From positions 156,551 to 220,550 of the forward strand of contig JABLTJ010000007.1 in the NCBI GenBank assembly GCA_013166775.1: 64,000 nucleotides of DNA. The letters are read 5' to 3'. The DNA comes from Promethearchaeati archaeon. Lineage in GTDB: Archaea > Asgardarchaeota > Heimdallarchaeia > Heimdallarchaeales > Heimdallarchaeaceae. Both the position numbers and the translations under genes were made by a program. Within the stretch, counting starts at the first letter, position 1. Each line of letters begins with the position of its first letter. Of this stretch, positions 49,053 to 59,105 are shown piece after piece. The notes beneath the pieces were generated by a model. That model searched no databases and was not told the DNA's origin. It saw only the letters and a list, made by a program, of their open reading frames with translations.

Positions 49053-50000
49053 ATGACATCTTTTGGTGTACAAATTGAACCCCAATTTGGTTTTACTTTC
49101 GATGAAATTAAGGATATAGTTCAATATGCTGAAGTAATTGGAATGACTCATGCATGGTTTTCAGACCATTTTATGATGACCGCTGATTCTACCGATATAC
49201 TTGCTTATGAATGCTTCACTGCTATGATGGCAGCTGTCTCCTACACAGAAAGTTTGAGGATAGGTTCTCTTGTATTCTGTAACAATTATAGACACCCTAC
49301 TGTGCTTGCAAAACAATTCGCATCCTTAGATCATTATTCTGAAGGAAGAGTTGAATTTGGTTATGGAGCAGGCTGGAAAGAGGTTGAATATAATCAGTAT
49401 GGAATAGAGTTTCCATCAACTGGTACTAGACTAAAACAAATGATTGAAGGTATCAAAATTATCCGAAATTTATGGACTCAAGAAAGAGCGAATTTCAAAG
49501 GAGAGTATTATAAATTAAACAATGCAGTTTCTTTCCCTAAACCTTTACAACAACCCCATCCTCCTATTTGGGTTGGAACTATGTATGCCAGACCAAAGCT
49601 GTTAAACATAGCCGCTCAATATGCTGATGGAATTAATCTTGCTTGGGCTTATACTGAAGAGGTTTTTGCTGAAAAAATGCAAGAATTAGATGAACTTTGT
49701 GAGAAGTACGACAGAAAGCCTAATTCTCTTAGAAGATCTTATGGAATCTGGTCTAGAATTTATGAGTCTGAAGAAGAGAAGAAGAAAGTATGGAAAGAAG
49801 TAGCAGAGAAGCGAGGATTCAGCTTAGAAGAAATTGAAAAACGCTATCAAGGTTCAATGCATGGAACAATTGAAGAGATTATTGAATGGTTAAAAATTTA
49901 TACCAAGTTAGGTGTAGAGCAGTTTATTTTCATGTTTCCACAGAATAAAGAGATAGAACAAATGAAAATCATGACTCAGGAAGTTCTACCAAAGCTCTGA
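49053..50000 (+). CDS. LLM-class flavin/F420-dependent oxidoreductase
   Basis: WFSDHF, YRHPTVLAK, GRVEFGYGAGW, PKPLQQPHPPIWVG. Confidence 0.92.
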   Translation: MTSFGVQIEPQFGFTFDEIKDIVQYAEVIGMTHAWFSDHFMMTADSTDILAYECFTAMMAAVSYTESLRIGSLVFCNNYRHPTVLAKQFASLDHYSEGRVEFGYGAGWKEVEYNQYGIEFPSTGTRLKQMIEGIKIIRNLWTQERANFKGEYYKLNNAVSFPKPLQQPHPPIWVGTMYARPKLLNIAAQYADGINLAWAYTEEVFAEKMQELDELCEKYDRKPNSLRRSYGIWSRIYESEEEKKKVWKEVAEKRGFSLEEIEKRYQGSMHGTIEEIIEWLKIYTKLGVEQFIFMFPQNKEIEQMKIMTQEVLPKL

Positions 50001-51183
50001 TTTCCCATTCTTCCGGTGTTGTTAAACCTGAACCTGTTCCAAAAATAATTATTTTCTCATCTTGTTCTATTTTTCCATCTACTATTAAAGGATCAAGTGC
50101 TGCGACAGTTGCTGCTGCTTCAGGGGAGATCATAATACCTTCTTCTTTAGCTACTTGAGCCATTGAAATTTTAATTGTTAAATCATCAACTTCTATTGCA
50201 GTACCACTTGAATCTCGAATGGTTTGTAAAATCAAATAATCAGCTATAGCAGCGGGAACTCTTAATCCTGCAGCTATTGTTTCAGCATTTTCCCAGAAAT
50301 CTGCTGATTCTTTTCCTTCTTGAAAAGCCTTGATTATTGGAGCACAACCTGTTGATTGAACTGCTATCATCTTTGGTCTTTCACTTCCAATCAAACCCAA
50401 TCTTTCCATTTCATCAAATGCTTTCCACATACCTATTATTCCAGTTCCACCTCCAGTTGGATAGATAATCACATCAGGAAGGAACCAATTCAGTTGTTCT
50501 GCAATCTCCAAGCCCATTGTTTTTTTACCTTCAGCTCTGTAAGGTTCTTTTAGAGTAGAAACATCAAACCAACCATGTTTTTCAGCACCTTCTTTGGCAA
50601 GCTTCCCAGCATCAGTGATTAATCCATCAACCAAATGATAGTCAGCACCAAAAGCATTTATCTCATTCACAATCAAAGGAGGTGTATCTTTAGGCATGAA
50701 AACATGAGCTTGAGTTTTTGTTTTTGCAGCATAAGCAGCTAAAGCAGCACCTGCATTGCCAGCAGTAGGAATAACAAATTCTTTCGCTCCTAACTCGATG
50801 GCTTTTGATACTGCAGCACATAATCCTCTACTTTTGAATGAACCAGTAGGATTTTCACCTTCATTCTTAATCATCAGATTGTTTAAACCTAGCTTTTTCC
50901 CAAGATTATCCATTCTTATCAGCGGTGTCCAACCTTCTCCTAAAGAAAACCTAAATTCCTCTTTGAATACTGGCATTATCTCATTCAAACGCCAAATGTT
51001 GTATTCTCGATTATTGAAAGAATCCTTTGTGATAGTTTCCTTTGCCTTCTCTAAATCATATCTAGCAAAGAGCACTTTTCCACATGAGCATAATTGTTGG
51101 AGCTCTGTATGATCGTAATTATTCCCACATTTAGTACATTCAAGATAAATTAAATGTGAAGTTTTATTTGAAGGAGAACTCAT
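49969..51183 (-). CDS. thrC: Threonine synthase (PLP fold II)
   Basis: SLGEGWTPL, NPTGSFKSRG, TAGNAG, EGKKT, YPTGGG. Likely start MSSPS at 51183. Confidence 0.9.
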   Translation of the reverse strand: MSSPSNKTSHLIYLECTKCGNNYDHTELQQLCSCGKVLFARYDLEKAKETITKDSFNNREYNIWRLNEIMPVFKEEFRFSLGEGWTPLIRMDNLGKKLGLNNLMIKNEGENPTGSFKSRGLCAAVSKAIELGAKEFVIPTAGNAGAALAAYAAKTKTQAHVFMPKDTPPLIVNEINAFGADYHLVDGLITDAGKLAKEGAEKHGWFDVSTLKEPYRAEGKKTMGLEIAEQLNWFLPDVIIYPTGGGTGIIGMWKAFDEMERLGLIGSERPKMIAVQSTGCAPIIKAFQEGKESADFWENAETIAAGLRVPAAIADYLILQTIRDSSGTAIEVDDLTIKISMAQVAKEEGIMISPEAAATVAALDPLIVDGKIEQDEKIIIFGTGSGLTTPEEWEIRALVELPES

Positions 51184-51229
51184 TGAACAAAAAAACACGA
51201 AATCATGTAAAAGTATTGTGTTTACATCA

Positions 51230-53251
51230 TTAATCACAAATTAACGATTTTTCAAAAATATATTCAGTCATTTGATCAGCTTCTTTCTGAATCTCATTTT
51301 GAATATCTTCGTTTCCAATTTTCCTTTCAAAAGCTTCAAATTTTTGATTAAATCTCTTTATGAAATCAATTAATTTTGTTCTTGCATTAAAACTATCTCT
51401 ATCACATGCAAGAATACCACAGAATTTTCCATAGCTCTCAACTAATAATTTTTTGCCTTCAAAATCTATTCCCCTCAATCCTGAACCGAACACTTCAGAA
51501 GACATAGTTCTGATAGCTGACAAAAGACCTGAAACTAGAATTTGATCATGGGGTTTTTCTTCATCGAATCTTCTAGAATAAACTATTTTGCCTTCAGTTG
51601 TAAAGACGTTGATAAAATGGATTCTAGGAATACAATCAGTTTTTTTGAAATAAGATTTTCTTGAGAGTTGGTTAATTATATCTGTTATCTCTGTAATAAT
51701 TTCCATTGGTTGTCCTATTTCATTATTTCTGATTTTGTTTATACTGTCTTCACATTTTAGTGCTAGATACTTATTGTCAGATTCTTCCGCTAAATCTCTA
51801 GCTTGATTGAAAAGAAATTCACCATCGACAATTTCGTTTAGAGCAACTAAAATCTGACCACTGATGAATAAAACATCCGGTAGAATCTGTAAATCTTGTT
51901 CTTGACAAATAGTGATTACATTAGCTAGATATTTTTCTGATTTGGAAAGATCATCATCTAATTGTGAAATTCTGAAACGGTGGAGATATGTTTGAGCTAA
52001 ATATAATTGTGATAATAATGCATATTGAAACTCACTTATCATAGCTATTGAGTAGCATTTTTCTAAAGAATCAATTGCAGAAGAAAGATCATAAATGTCC
52101 AGATAGACTCTTCCCATCAAGAAATGATAGGCTGCAATCCACCTCTGGTTCTTTGTTTTCTCACTAAGATGTCCTCCCTTTTCAAGGTGTTTAATTCCTT
52201 CGCTGAAATTTCCTTTACCAGTCAATTTAGTAAGTGCGAAGCCATATAAGAGATTTGAAATTGGAGATTGATTATTTGTTAGCTTATTTGCTTTTTCAAG
52301 ATTCTCAATTGCTGATTTATAATCTTCTTTCTTTATCAGAACTTCTCCCATATTAATATACAGAGAAGGTTTTGAATTAGAAATCTCTGGATTTTTTAAT
52401 CCCTCTTGGCATAATTCAAGCGCTCGATCGAGATTACCTCTAGTATGTTCTAAATCCGCGAGATTTGAAATTAAAGATGCTTCGAACTCTTTATTCCCGA
52501 TTCTTTCAGCAATATCAAATGCTTTCTCATAATATTCGAATGCGTCTTCGAGAAGACCTTTGTATCTGTAGAGGCCACCAAGCATAGTGTAGCAATCAAG
52601 TCTTTTTGTATCCATGTTTAGAGCTTCTGCAAGTTCCTTGTAGATTTCTAACCATCCAGCAAAAGCTGCATCACCTGTTCTGAATTCTCTGTATGCTAAA
52701 TCACTTACTACATGCATTGTCAATAAGGGATATTCTTGAATCAAAACAGTATCAAATAACATATCTTTGAACTCATTTGCATATTTCTGTACTGAAACGT
52801 TGTCATAATTATTTGTAGCTATTTCCAATGACATGATAGTGGAAAAAGCTTTGTGAACCATGGGATTGACTTTCTTCAAATCTACTAACATCCCCAGAGA
52901 ACTAGCTAGCAGAGCTGAAACTGTTGTTTTATCACCTACGAATTTAGCGGATTTAAATCTATAATACACAGTCTCAAAGTTCGTTTCAGGTATTGGGAAT
53001 GTAAGAACTTTTTTGTACTGAGAAAGAAGAAAATAACCTATCATAGCAATTTGATTATACATCATCCTCTTGTTTTCTTGGGTTCTAGCTGAACTTGCTA
53101 AATCGTCAGATGTATTTACAATTGATTGAAAGAATGTTAATCCTTGTAGTTCATAACTTTTGAAAACTGGAGAGAAATTTTCATAATCTTCTCGTATGAA
53201 TTGTTGATATCGATTAAACTCATTTGGAAGATCGAATTCTTCAGTTATCAA
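51230..53251 (-). CDS. TPR-repeat protein with C-terminal longin-like domain
   Basis: Multiple TPR units; C-terminal FINVFTTEGKIVYS...LVSGLLSAIRTMSSEVF...LIDFIKRFNQKF. Confidence 0.75.
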   Translation of the reverse strand: MITEEFDLPNEFNRYQQFIREDYENFSPVFKSYELQGLTFFQSIVNTSDDLASSARTQENKRMMYNQIAMIGYFLLSQYKKVLTFPIPETNFETVYYRFKSAKFVGDKTTVSALLASSLGMLVDLKKVNPMVHKAFSTIMSLEIATNNYDNVSVQKYANEFKDMLFDTVLIQEYPLLTMHVVSDLAYREFRTGDAAFAGWLEIYKELAEALNMDTKRLDCYTMLGGLYRYKGLLEDAFEYYEKAFDIAERIGNKEFEASLISNLADLEHTRGNLDRALELCQEGLKNPEISNSKPSLYINMGEVLIKKEDYKSAIENLEKANKLTNNQSPISNLLYGFALTKLTGKGNFSEGIKHLEKGGHLSEKTKNQRWIAAYHFLMGRVYLDIYDLSSAIDSLEKCYSIAMISEFQYALLSQLYLAQTYLHRFRISQLDDDLSKSEKYLANVITICQEQDLQILPDVLFISGQILVALNEIVDGEFLFNQARDLAEESDNKYLALKCEDSINKIRNNEIGQPMEIITEITDIINQLSRKSYFKKTDCIPRIHFINVFTTEGKIVYSRRFDEEKPHDQILVSGLLSAIRTMSSEVFGSGLRGIDFEGKKLLVESYGKFCGILACDRDSFNARTKLIDFIKRFNQKFEAFERKIGNEDIQNEIQKEADQMTEYIFEKSLICD

Positions 53252-53319
53252 AATAACCCCATTATTATTTTATAAAAGATTCTTACTTAAAGATTTTTTT
53301 TGTACTAGCAAAAAGAAAT

Positions 53320-54327
53320 CTAGATATTTTTAAGTTTTGCATTTTCTTCTTTTACATCTTCTTTCAGTTTTTTCCAGTAATGATGAAATCCATTCTTTTG
53401 AAGTAATTCTCTAAAATAAGTGATGGAATAATCATCAACATAGAAGGAATTATAGAAATCTTCTCGCGTAGGATCATCATTGTGTAATTGCCTTCTTTGA
53501 GCTTCCAAAAGAAAAGGTTTTTGATTTCTTAAATTACTAAATGCAGGGAGTTTTCTTCCAAGATTTTCTTGCAGTTTATTTTCCCATTCTAAGCTCCTTA
53601 GGAAATGATGATCAATATAGATTTCTCTAATTTCATCAACGATTTTAGAAAGATTTCGAAAAGCTTCTTCAATATATTCTTCTGTTTTAGAAATGTAAAA
53701 TGGAATACCATCAACTGCTACAATATCAGGTAAATTAGTGATAATAAAGTCTGTAGCTTCTTTCGAAGAAGGACCACATACATCTGAAGTAAAAATATAG
53801 CTTCTGTCACCTTCCTTAATCATAACTTCTACAACAAACACACTAGCTTCTTGAACACCATGAGGAACAGCAGGTGAAAAGGTGATTTGAGTGCTCCCGA
53901 ATTCATAATGATTATTATCAGCTTTTGAAACGCTTATTTTCTTATTCTTCCATAAGTGTTTTGCTCTTTGTTGTTGTCGATAATTGATATTCTTTTCATA
54001 ATCTTTAGCTATGATTGTTACTTCGGGATTATAGAGAGCTCTAAAAATCTCTTTATTTGAGAATTCATATTTTCTTGGAGAATTTAAAGTAAAATGATCA
54101 CCATGGTAGTGAGTCTGAATGATTACATCTGCTAATTGTGAGATTTCCATTATTGTTTGTCTAGAAATCCAAGAAGCAGCAATTTCAGTTGGATGGGGTT
54201 TGAGTCCGAATCTTTTTGGTCCCAATGATACACTTGGATCAACTAGGATGTTAACCGATTCAGTCATTACTAAATGACAAAAGGATCGTGTTCCTAATGA
54301 TTCACAAGCAATTGGGAAGATTTTCAT
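53320..54327 (-). CDS. Archaeal metallo-beta-lactamase fold hydrolase (UPF0282-like)
   Basis: ESLGTRS, DPSVSLGPKRFGL, THYHGDH, PHG, TSDV, DHHFLR. Confidence 0.88.
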   Translation of the reverse strand: MKIFPIACESLGTRSFCHLVMTESVNILVDPSVSLGPKRFGLKPHPTEIAASWISRQTIMEISQLADVIIQTHYHGDHFTLNSPRKYEFSNKEIFRALYNPEVTIIAKDYEKNINYRQQQRAKHLWKNKKISVSKADNNHYEFGSTQITFSPAVPHGVQEASVFVVEVMIKEGDRSYIFTSDVCGPSSKEATDFIITNLPDIVAVDGIPFYISKTEEYIEEAFRNLSKIVDEIREIYIDHHFLRSLEWENKLQENLGRKLPAFSNLRNQKPFLLEAQRRQLHNDDPTREDFYNSFYVDDYSITYFRELLQKNGFHHYWKKLKEDVKEENAKLKNI

Positions 54328-54355
54328 TTATAATTACTCTTTATTAAGGTATAAA

Positions 54356-55939
54356 ATGGTTGCTAAAATCTTTGGATATCAGTTGCATTATCCAGTTACT
54401 TTTTTAAATAGAAAAAATAATCAATACATGAGTATCATGAGCATTGAATTAAAGGAGATACCAGTTTTTGCTAAAAAATTCATTTCAGAATTTAAACACA
54501 ACAAGGAAATAGACAAAATCCTTCTAGAAAATTTAGAATTTCAAGAAAAGGATGGAATTAAGCTTCTAATACTTCCAATTGTAGATCAAATCCCTGAAAA
54601 CAAAAGGGGTATCGCTCGTGTTTTTATAGCTAATTCAAGTGATACTCCACTTGATTTATCAGTTTATTCTAGCATAACTGGATGGTTTAGTGACCTAAAT
54701 AAACTTGAAAAGTTAAAGTATATAGAAACAATCACAATTCATCCTTCAGAGGTTCATGTGAGAGATATCGTTTTTAAGAGCTCAGTTAAACAAGGAAAGA
54801 ATTATTTCCAGCTCATAGTTAGCAAAAAGAAAACTAGAATACCAAAAGAATATGTAGCTACGCATATTGAATACTCTCAGATTAGAGAAATACGAGAGGA
54901 TGTTCAAATTGAACGCAGTAATTACTTGGGTATGCTATCCAGAGCATATGTGAATCCGAGATCATTGAATTACTGGATTTACTACTCCATTTTTGGTCCC
55001 AATATTTATCGGAAAGATGGTGTCTTACTTCTTCTCTTGAAAATTCTAGGAATCATTGCTGGGAGTGTATTTATTACATTATCTTTTCTACTTTCAGATA
55101 TTTTTGATCAAGAGTATATTTTACCTGTAAGTAGTATAGTTATAATAATATCATTACTTAGTCTTCTAACAAATGTGGATAGGAAGAAAATCAAATTAAT
55201 AAACGAATTAAATCTCTCCGATAATAAAAGGAAAATTAATCTTGATACAATCGACAAAACATCTGCAGAAGGATTACAAAGGTTTTGTTTGAATGACATC
55301 AATTTTGGTTATAACAGAGAAACAAATAGCATAAGTTGGAAATCTGGTGCAAACAAATTATTCGAGAAGTTAATAACAACTATTAGTGATGTATTAAACA
55401 TCCCTACAGATCTTGAGCCTTTATCAGAAGCTCCTATTATTACTGCTACACCTGAAGCTGAGACAGGAAGTATTCAACAAGATGAGCTGAATCTTGGAAT
55501 AGAATTTGACCAAGAGGAAGGAATTGATTTTAAAGAGGGTGTAGTAGAGGCAGTTGGCAAAGATGCTCAAGCTGTAGAAATGGAGATAGATGGAGTTCAA
55601 ATGGGTATTGAAGTTATTGATTCGGAATCATCTGTAATTCCTGATGTAGATTCGATTGTTACTAAACCAGAAATGAAACAACAGATTGAACCAATAGTCA
55701 CAGATTCAAAAGTTGAACAAAGTGTAGAGAAGATTGAATCAAAAACAGCTGTTGAACCAAAAATACAACCAATTGAAACTAAAACAGAAGGATTATTATC
55801 AGATACTAGAGGATTGATTTCAACCGGTAAACAAATAGATGTTAACACTATTCCAGCTCCTAAAAAATTACCAATTAAACCAAAGAAAGATTCCTCAAAA
55901 GATTCAGTTAAGAATATGAGTAAAGAAAAAGAAGAGTAA
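54356..55939 (+). CDS. Hypothetical 2-TM protein with long acidic low-complexity C-terminus
   Basis: Long ORF, central hydrophobic hairpin, E/D/K/P-rich tail. Confidence 0.7.
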   Translation: MVAKIFGYQLHYPVTFLNRKNNQYMSIMSIELKEIPVFAKKFISEFKHNKEIDKILLENLEFQEKDGIKLLILPIVDQIPENKRGIARVFIANSSDTPLDLSVYSSITGWFSDLNKLEKLKYIETITIHPSEVHVRDIVFKSSVKQGKNYFQLIVSKKKTRIPKEYVATHIEYSQIREIREDVQIERSNYLGMLSRAYVNPRSLNYWIYYSIFGPNIYRKDGVLLLLLKILGIIAGSVFITLSFLLSDIFDQEYILPVSSIVIIISLLSLLTNVDRKKIKLINELNLSDNKRKINLDTIDKTSAEGLQRFCLNDINFGYNRETNSISWKSGANKLFEKLITTISDVLNIPTDLEPLSEAPIITATPEAETGSIQQDELNLGIEFDQEEGIDFKEGVVEAVGKDAQAVEMEIDGVQMGIEVIDSESSVIPDVDSIVTKPEMKQQIEPIVTDSKVEQSVEKIESKTAVEPKIQPIETKTEGLLSDTRGLISTGKQIDVNTIPAPKKLPIKPKKDSSKDSVKNMSKEKEE

Positions 55940-55969
55940 TATAGGCTTTACATTTAGGTTTCATGTAAA

Positions 55970-56719
55970 GTGAAACTGATGATCAACGATAAGTATCCAG
56001 TCAGAGCTGAAACAGCTTCTTATTTTAGTTTTTTCGGTGCTAAATTGGGTAGTCTTGGAATTATAATTTACTATGTTAGTGAGATGCTAAACAGATTGAT
56101 TTTTTACAACTCTGAAGCAGAATATATCATACCTTCTAAAAATTGGAGTATGATAGATTCTGGAATTTATGTATTTGCACTTTTCATCTTAGCATCACAA
56201 GTGGCTATATGGAGAGGAGTGTTTAAGTCCTATGAGTATAAGAAAAGAGCAAGAAACGCGTTCATCGGAATTGTTGGCGCAGCTTTATTTACAGGTTTAT
56301 TTGAAGTATTAATACAATTGATGCCAAATGAACAAAGGTTACAGTCTGATAATACAGTCCCCTTTCTACTTATGATATTGTTTCACTTATACGGAATTCT
56401 GCAATTGAAAGCAATAATTCGAAGAATAGGAAGGATGAATAGAACAGAAACTGGCAAAGCAGTCCTTTATACACTCTTTGCAGCAAATCCTGCGATAAGG
56501 TATCTTGCCTCGTTCATTATTCTTTTTGCAGGTTCTGCATTCTTCATAAATCCTTACTTCTACATGTATTATGCTGATCTAGTAATGATCTATGTCACAG
56601 GTGCGATATCAATAGGATTCTTTCTATTCATCTATTTAGATTCGAGAAAGATAAAAATAGCTCAAATGATGGATGCCTTAAAACAACAAGAAGAAGAAGC
56701 AGAGGCTCAAACAAGCTGA
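55970..56719 (+). CDS. Hypothetical multi-pass membrane protein
   Basis: About 6 TM segments. Confidence 0.7.
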   Translation: MKLMINDKYPVRAETASYFSFFGAKLGSLGIIIYYVSEMLNRLIFYNSEAEYIIPSKNWSMIDSGIYVFALFILASQVAIWRGVFKSYEYKKRARNAFIGIVGAALFTGLFEVLIQLMPNEQRLQSDNTVPFLLMILFHLYGILQLKAIIRRIGRMNRTETGKAVLYTLFAANPAIRYLASFIILFAGSAFFINPYFYMYYADLVMIYVTGAISIGFFLFIYLDSRKIKIAQMMDALKQQEEEAEAQTS

Positions 56720-56729
56720 GCTTCTAATT

Positions 56730-57353
56730 TTATTTGGACACAAACGATTTTACTAAGAAATAGACTACAACTACTCCAACGCCTACTCCAATGATTATGA
56801 AAAGAGCTCTTAATTGTTGGGAAGAATCAGTAACATAATCTGTGTTATAATTCTCTGTCCTGTGATTGATTGCATCATCAATTTTAGATTCTAAAAATTC
56901 GTAGCTAGCAAAACCCGAATTTACAGATACTATACTCCCCTGATCATCAAGAACAACTGAAGTAGGAACACTACCCACTTGAAAGAGGTTTTCAGATTCA
57001 TCTGTAGAGTAACCCATTATCCATGAATCAGGTATAGAATGATCTGTTCTAAAATCTATAAGAGTCTGATTAGTACTGTCTTTTCTAACACTTAATTCAA
57101 AAATGGTTGTATTGAAATTATCATCAATGTCTTTTAGAACATCTATTTCATTAATACAATGCCCACAATTGTTTAAAAAAAAGACAATAATCCTAACTCC
57201 TTCATAATCTCTAACATTTTCTAAAGTCATCTGTATATTCCAAAAAGTGATACTTGTATCAGCTCGTGTTGACGGAAAAGAGGTTTGAATGAACGAGAAT
57301 AATAAACTGGTTAAGAGCAGAAAATAGAGAAACCTTTTTCTGGAATATTTCAT
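56730..57353 (-). CDS. Exported, membrane-anchored thioredoxin-fold (TlpA/redoxin) protein
   Basis: Signal peptide, CGHC, cis-Pro loop VPT, C-terminal TM. Confidence 0.85.
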   Translation of the reverse strand: MKYSRKRFLYFLLLTSLLFSFIQTSFPSTRADTSITFWNIQMTLENVRDYEGVRIIVFFLNNCGHCINEIDVLKDIDDNFNTTIFELSVRKDSTNQTLIDFRTDHSIPDSWIMGYSTDESENLFQVGSVPTSVVLDDQGSIVSVNSGFASYEFLESKIDDAINHRTENYNTDYVTDSSQQLRALFIIIGVGVGVVVVYFLVKSFVSK

Positions 57354-57371
57354 GATTTCCTTTCACCTTTA

Positions 57372-58460
57372 CTAATTACTCACTGCGGTATAATTTATAA
57401 TTTTACTATTATCAACTAAGTTAAACTTATCACAAATCACTGAATTTTGAACTAATGAATCTTTACCTATTATCGATTCTTCCCAAATAACACTATGATC
57501 GATAATAGAATTTTGGTTGATTCTAACTTTGTCATGAATAACACTGTATGGACCTATAATTGAATTATCATCGATAACAATGTTATTACCCAATACAACA
57601 GGAGGGATAATCTTAGCAGATTCAGCAATCTCACAATTTTCACCTACCCAGTTTCCGTTTTGCTTCTTTCCTAATGGAGCAAATCCATCAACAAATCCTC
57701 TAAGAATATCAAAATTTGCCCAAAGATAACTTCGAATATTTCCTGCATCCATCCAGTAAAATTCATCAACGAAACCATTTAGCTTGAATCGTTCTTGTAA
57801 GAGGTATGGGAAAAGGTCTTGACCAAAATCATCTATATCTTTGAAACTCTCTAGAATTTCAAGGGCTCGATATTTGAAAATATAAACTCCTGTATTCACC
57901 AAATTATGATGAAATTCTGAAACATGTCTATAAGCGAAAGCTAATGTTGTAAACAACATTTCTTCAGGTCTTGGTTTTTCGAGAAAAATTTCTATGTTTT
58001 GTTTTTCATCAAGTAGAATTACACCAAATTTTCTTGTCGGAAAATCAATGTTTTTCAAACTGATTGTTGCATAAGCATCAGTTGTGTAGAAGAAATCAAT
58101 CATTTTCTTCAAATTCATATTAGTTACAATATCAGCCATTGATACTACAAAATCTCCTTCAATGTAATCAGAGAGCTGCCTGACTGCATCAGCTGTGCCT
58201 ATTGGATCTATATCAGGAACATAAATATCCAAATCACTAAATTTTGAATTGTCGACAAGATATTCCTTGATCAGGTCTCCTAGGTATTTTACTGCAAAGA
58301 TGATTTTCTTTATTCCTGCGTTTCTAACTTGATCAATGGCAAAATCTATCATTGGTGTGAGAGCTACAGGAACAAGAGGTTTAGGTTTATAACTCGTCAA
58401 AGGTTGAAGTCTTGTCCCTTTTCCACCAGCTAAAATAACAGCACAATCGATTTTTGCCAT
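57372..58460 (-). CDS. NDP-sugar pyrophosphorylase (GMPP/GlgC-like) with hexapeptide repeats
   Basis: ILAGGKGTRLQPLT, PKPLVP, FLEKP, NTGVY, DFGQDLFP, YWMDAG. Confidence 0.92.
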   Translation of the reverse strand: MAKIDCAVILAGGKGTRLQPLTSYKPKPLVPVALTPMIDFAIDQVRNAGIKKIIFAVKYLGDLIKEYLVDNSKFSDLDIYVPDIDPIGTADAVRQLSDYIEGDFVVSMADIVTNMNLKKMIDFFYTTDAYATISLKNIDFPTRKFGVILLDEKQNIEIFLEKPRPEEMLFTTLAFAYRHVSEFHHNLVNTGVYIFKYRALEILESFKDIDDFGQDLFPYLLQERFKLNGFVDEFYWMDAGNIRSYLWANFDILRGFVDGFAPLGKKQNGNWVGENCEIAESAKIIPPVVLGNNIVIDDNSIIGPYSVIHDKVRINQNSIIDHSVIWEESIIGKDSLVQNSVICDKFNLVDNSKIINYTAVSN

Positions 58461-58497
58461 AGTTATCAGCTTTGAGATTTATTGACACTAATGCTTC

Positions 58498-58959
58498 TTA
58501 ACTGTTCTCTTTGTTATTTTTTGTTTTCTCCAACCAACCAACTTTGCAATCTTCTATTCCTTTAAGATCGAATTCAGGAACTAGTGGCTTGATATCAATC
58601 AGAGGAGTGTTGTTTAAAACATCTATCCCTTTGACTAATAGTTTACATCCCTCGATTTTGATAAGCTGAACAACAGACAAACCTATATGGTTAGGACGAT
58701 TAAAATGTCTTATAGCAAAGATGCCTTTTGGTTCATCATCTAGAAAAGGTTTAACTATTAAATTCTCTTCTTCAGAACGATCGAAGTAATAGAGAAGAAT
58801 AATGTGAGAAAAACCATCTAAATCTTTTAATCCCGGTTTATATTCAGAGCTAACACAAACGGTACCAAAAGCATCTGAAAAACCAGATTGAATAGGAGCA
58901 TCATCATATTCTTCAAAAGGAGTTTCAATAAAGCCTATTGGTTTTATAGTAAATTCCAT
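58498..58959 (-). CDS. trmO: tRNA t6A37 N6-methyltransferase TrmO/TsaA
   Basis: PIGFI, GIFAIRHFNRPNHIGLS, TPLIDIKP. Confidence 0.9.
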   Translation of the reverse strand: MEFTIKPIGFIETPFEEYDDAPIQSGFSDAFGTVCVSSEYKPGLKDLDGFSHIILLYYFDRSEEENLIVKPFLDDEPKGIFAIRHFNRPNHIGLSVVQLIKIEGCKLLVKGIDVLNNTPLIDIKPLVPEFDLKGIEDCKVGWLEKTKNNKENS

Positions 58960-59105
58960 ATCTAGAAATTATCAAATGTATTTATCATTGTTTTGTATGA
59001 AATTGATTAAACTATTGAGATATATGCATAAACTTGATAGTTGTATCTTTGAAATACAAAGTGTGAGTTAATTATTTAAATGTCTCAATATCCAATTTTT
59101 CTGTA

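Noticed and set aside
55921-55945. TAAAGAAAAAGAAGAGTAAT resembling the array repeat
   Set aside because: Only a Lys/Glu-codon gene end with no TACTCTC right arm. The AAATCTTAAA at ~10356 likewise lacks the core.
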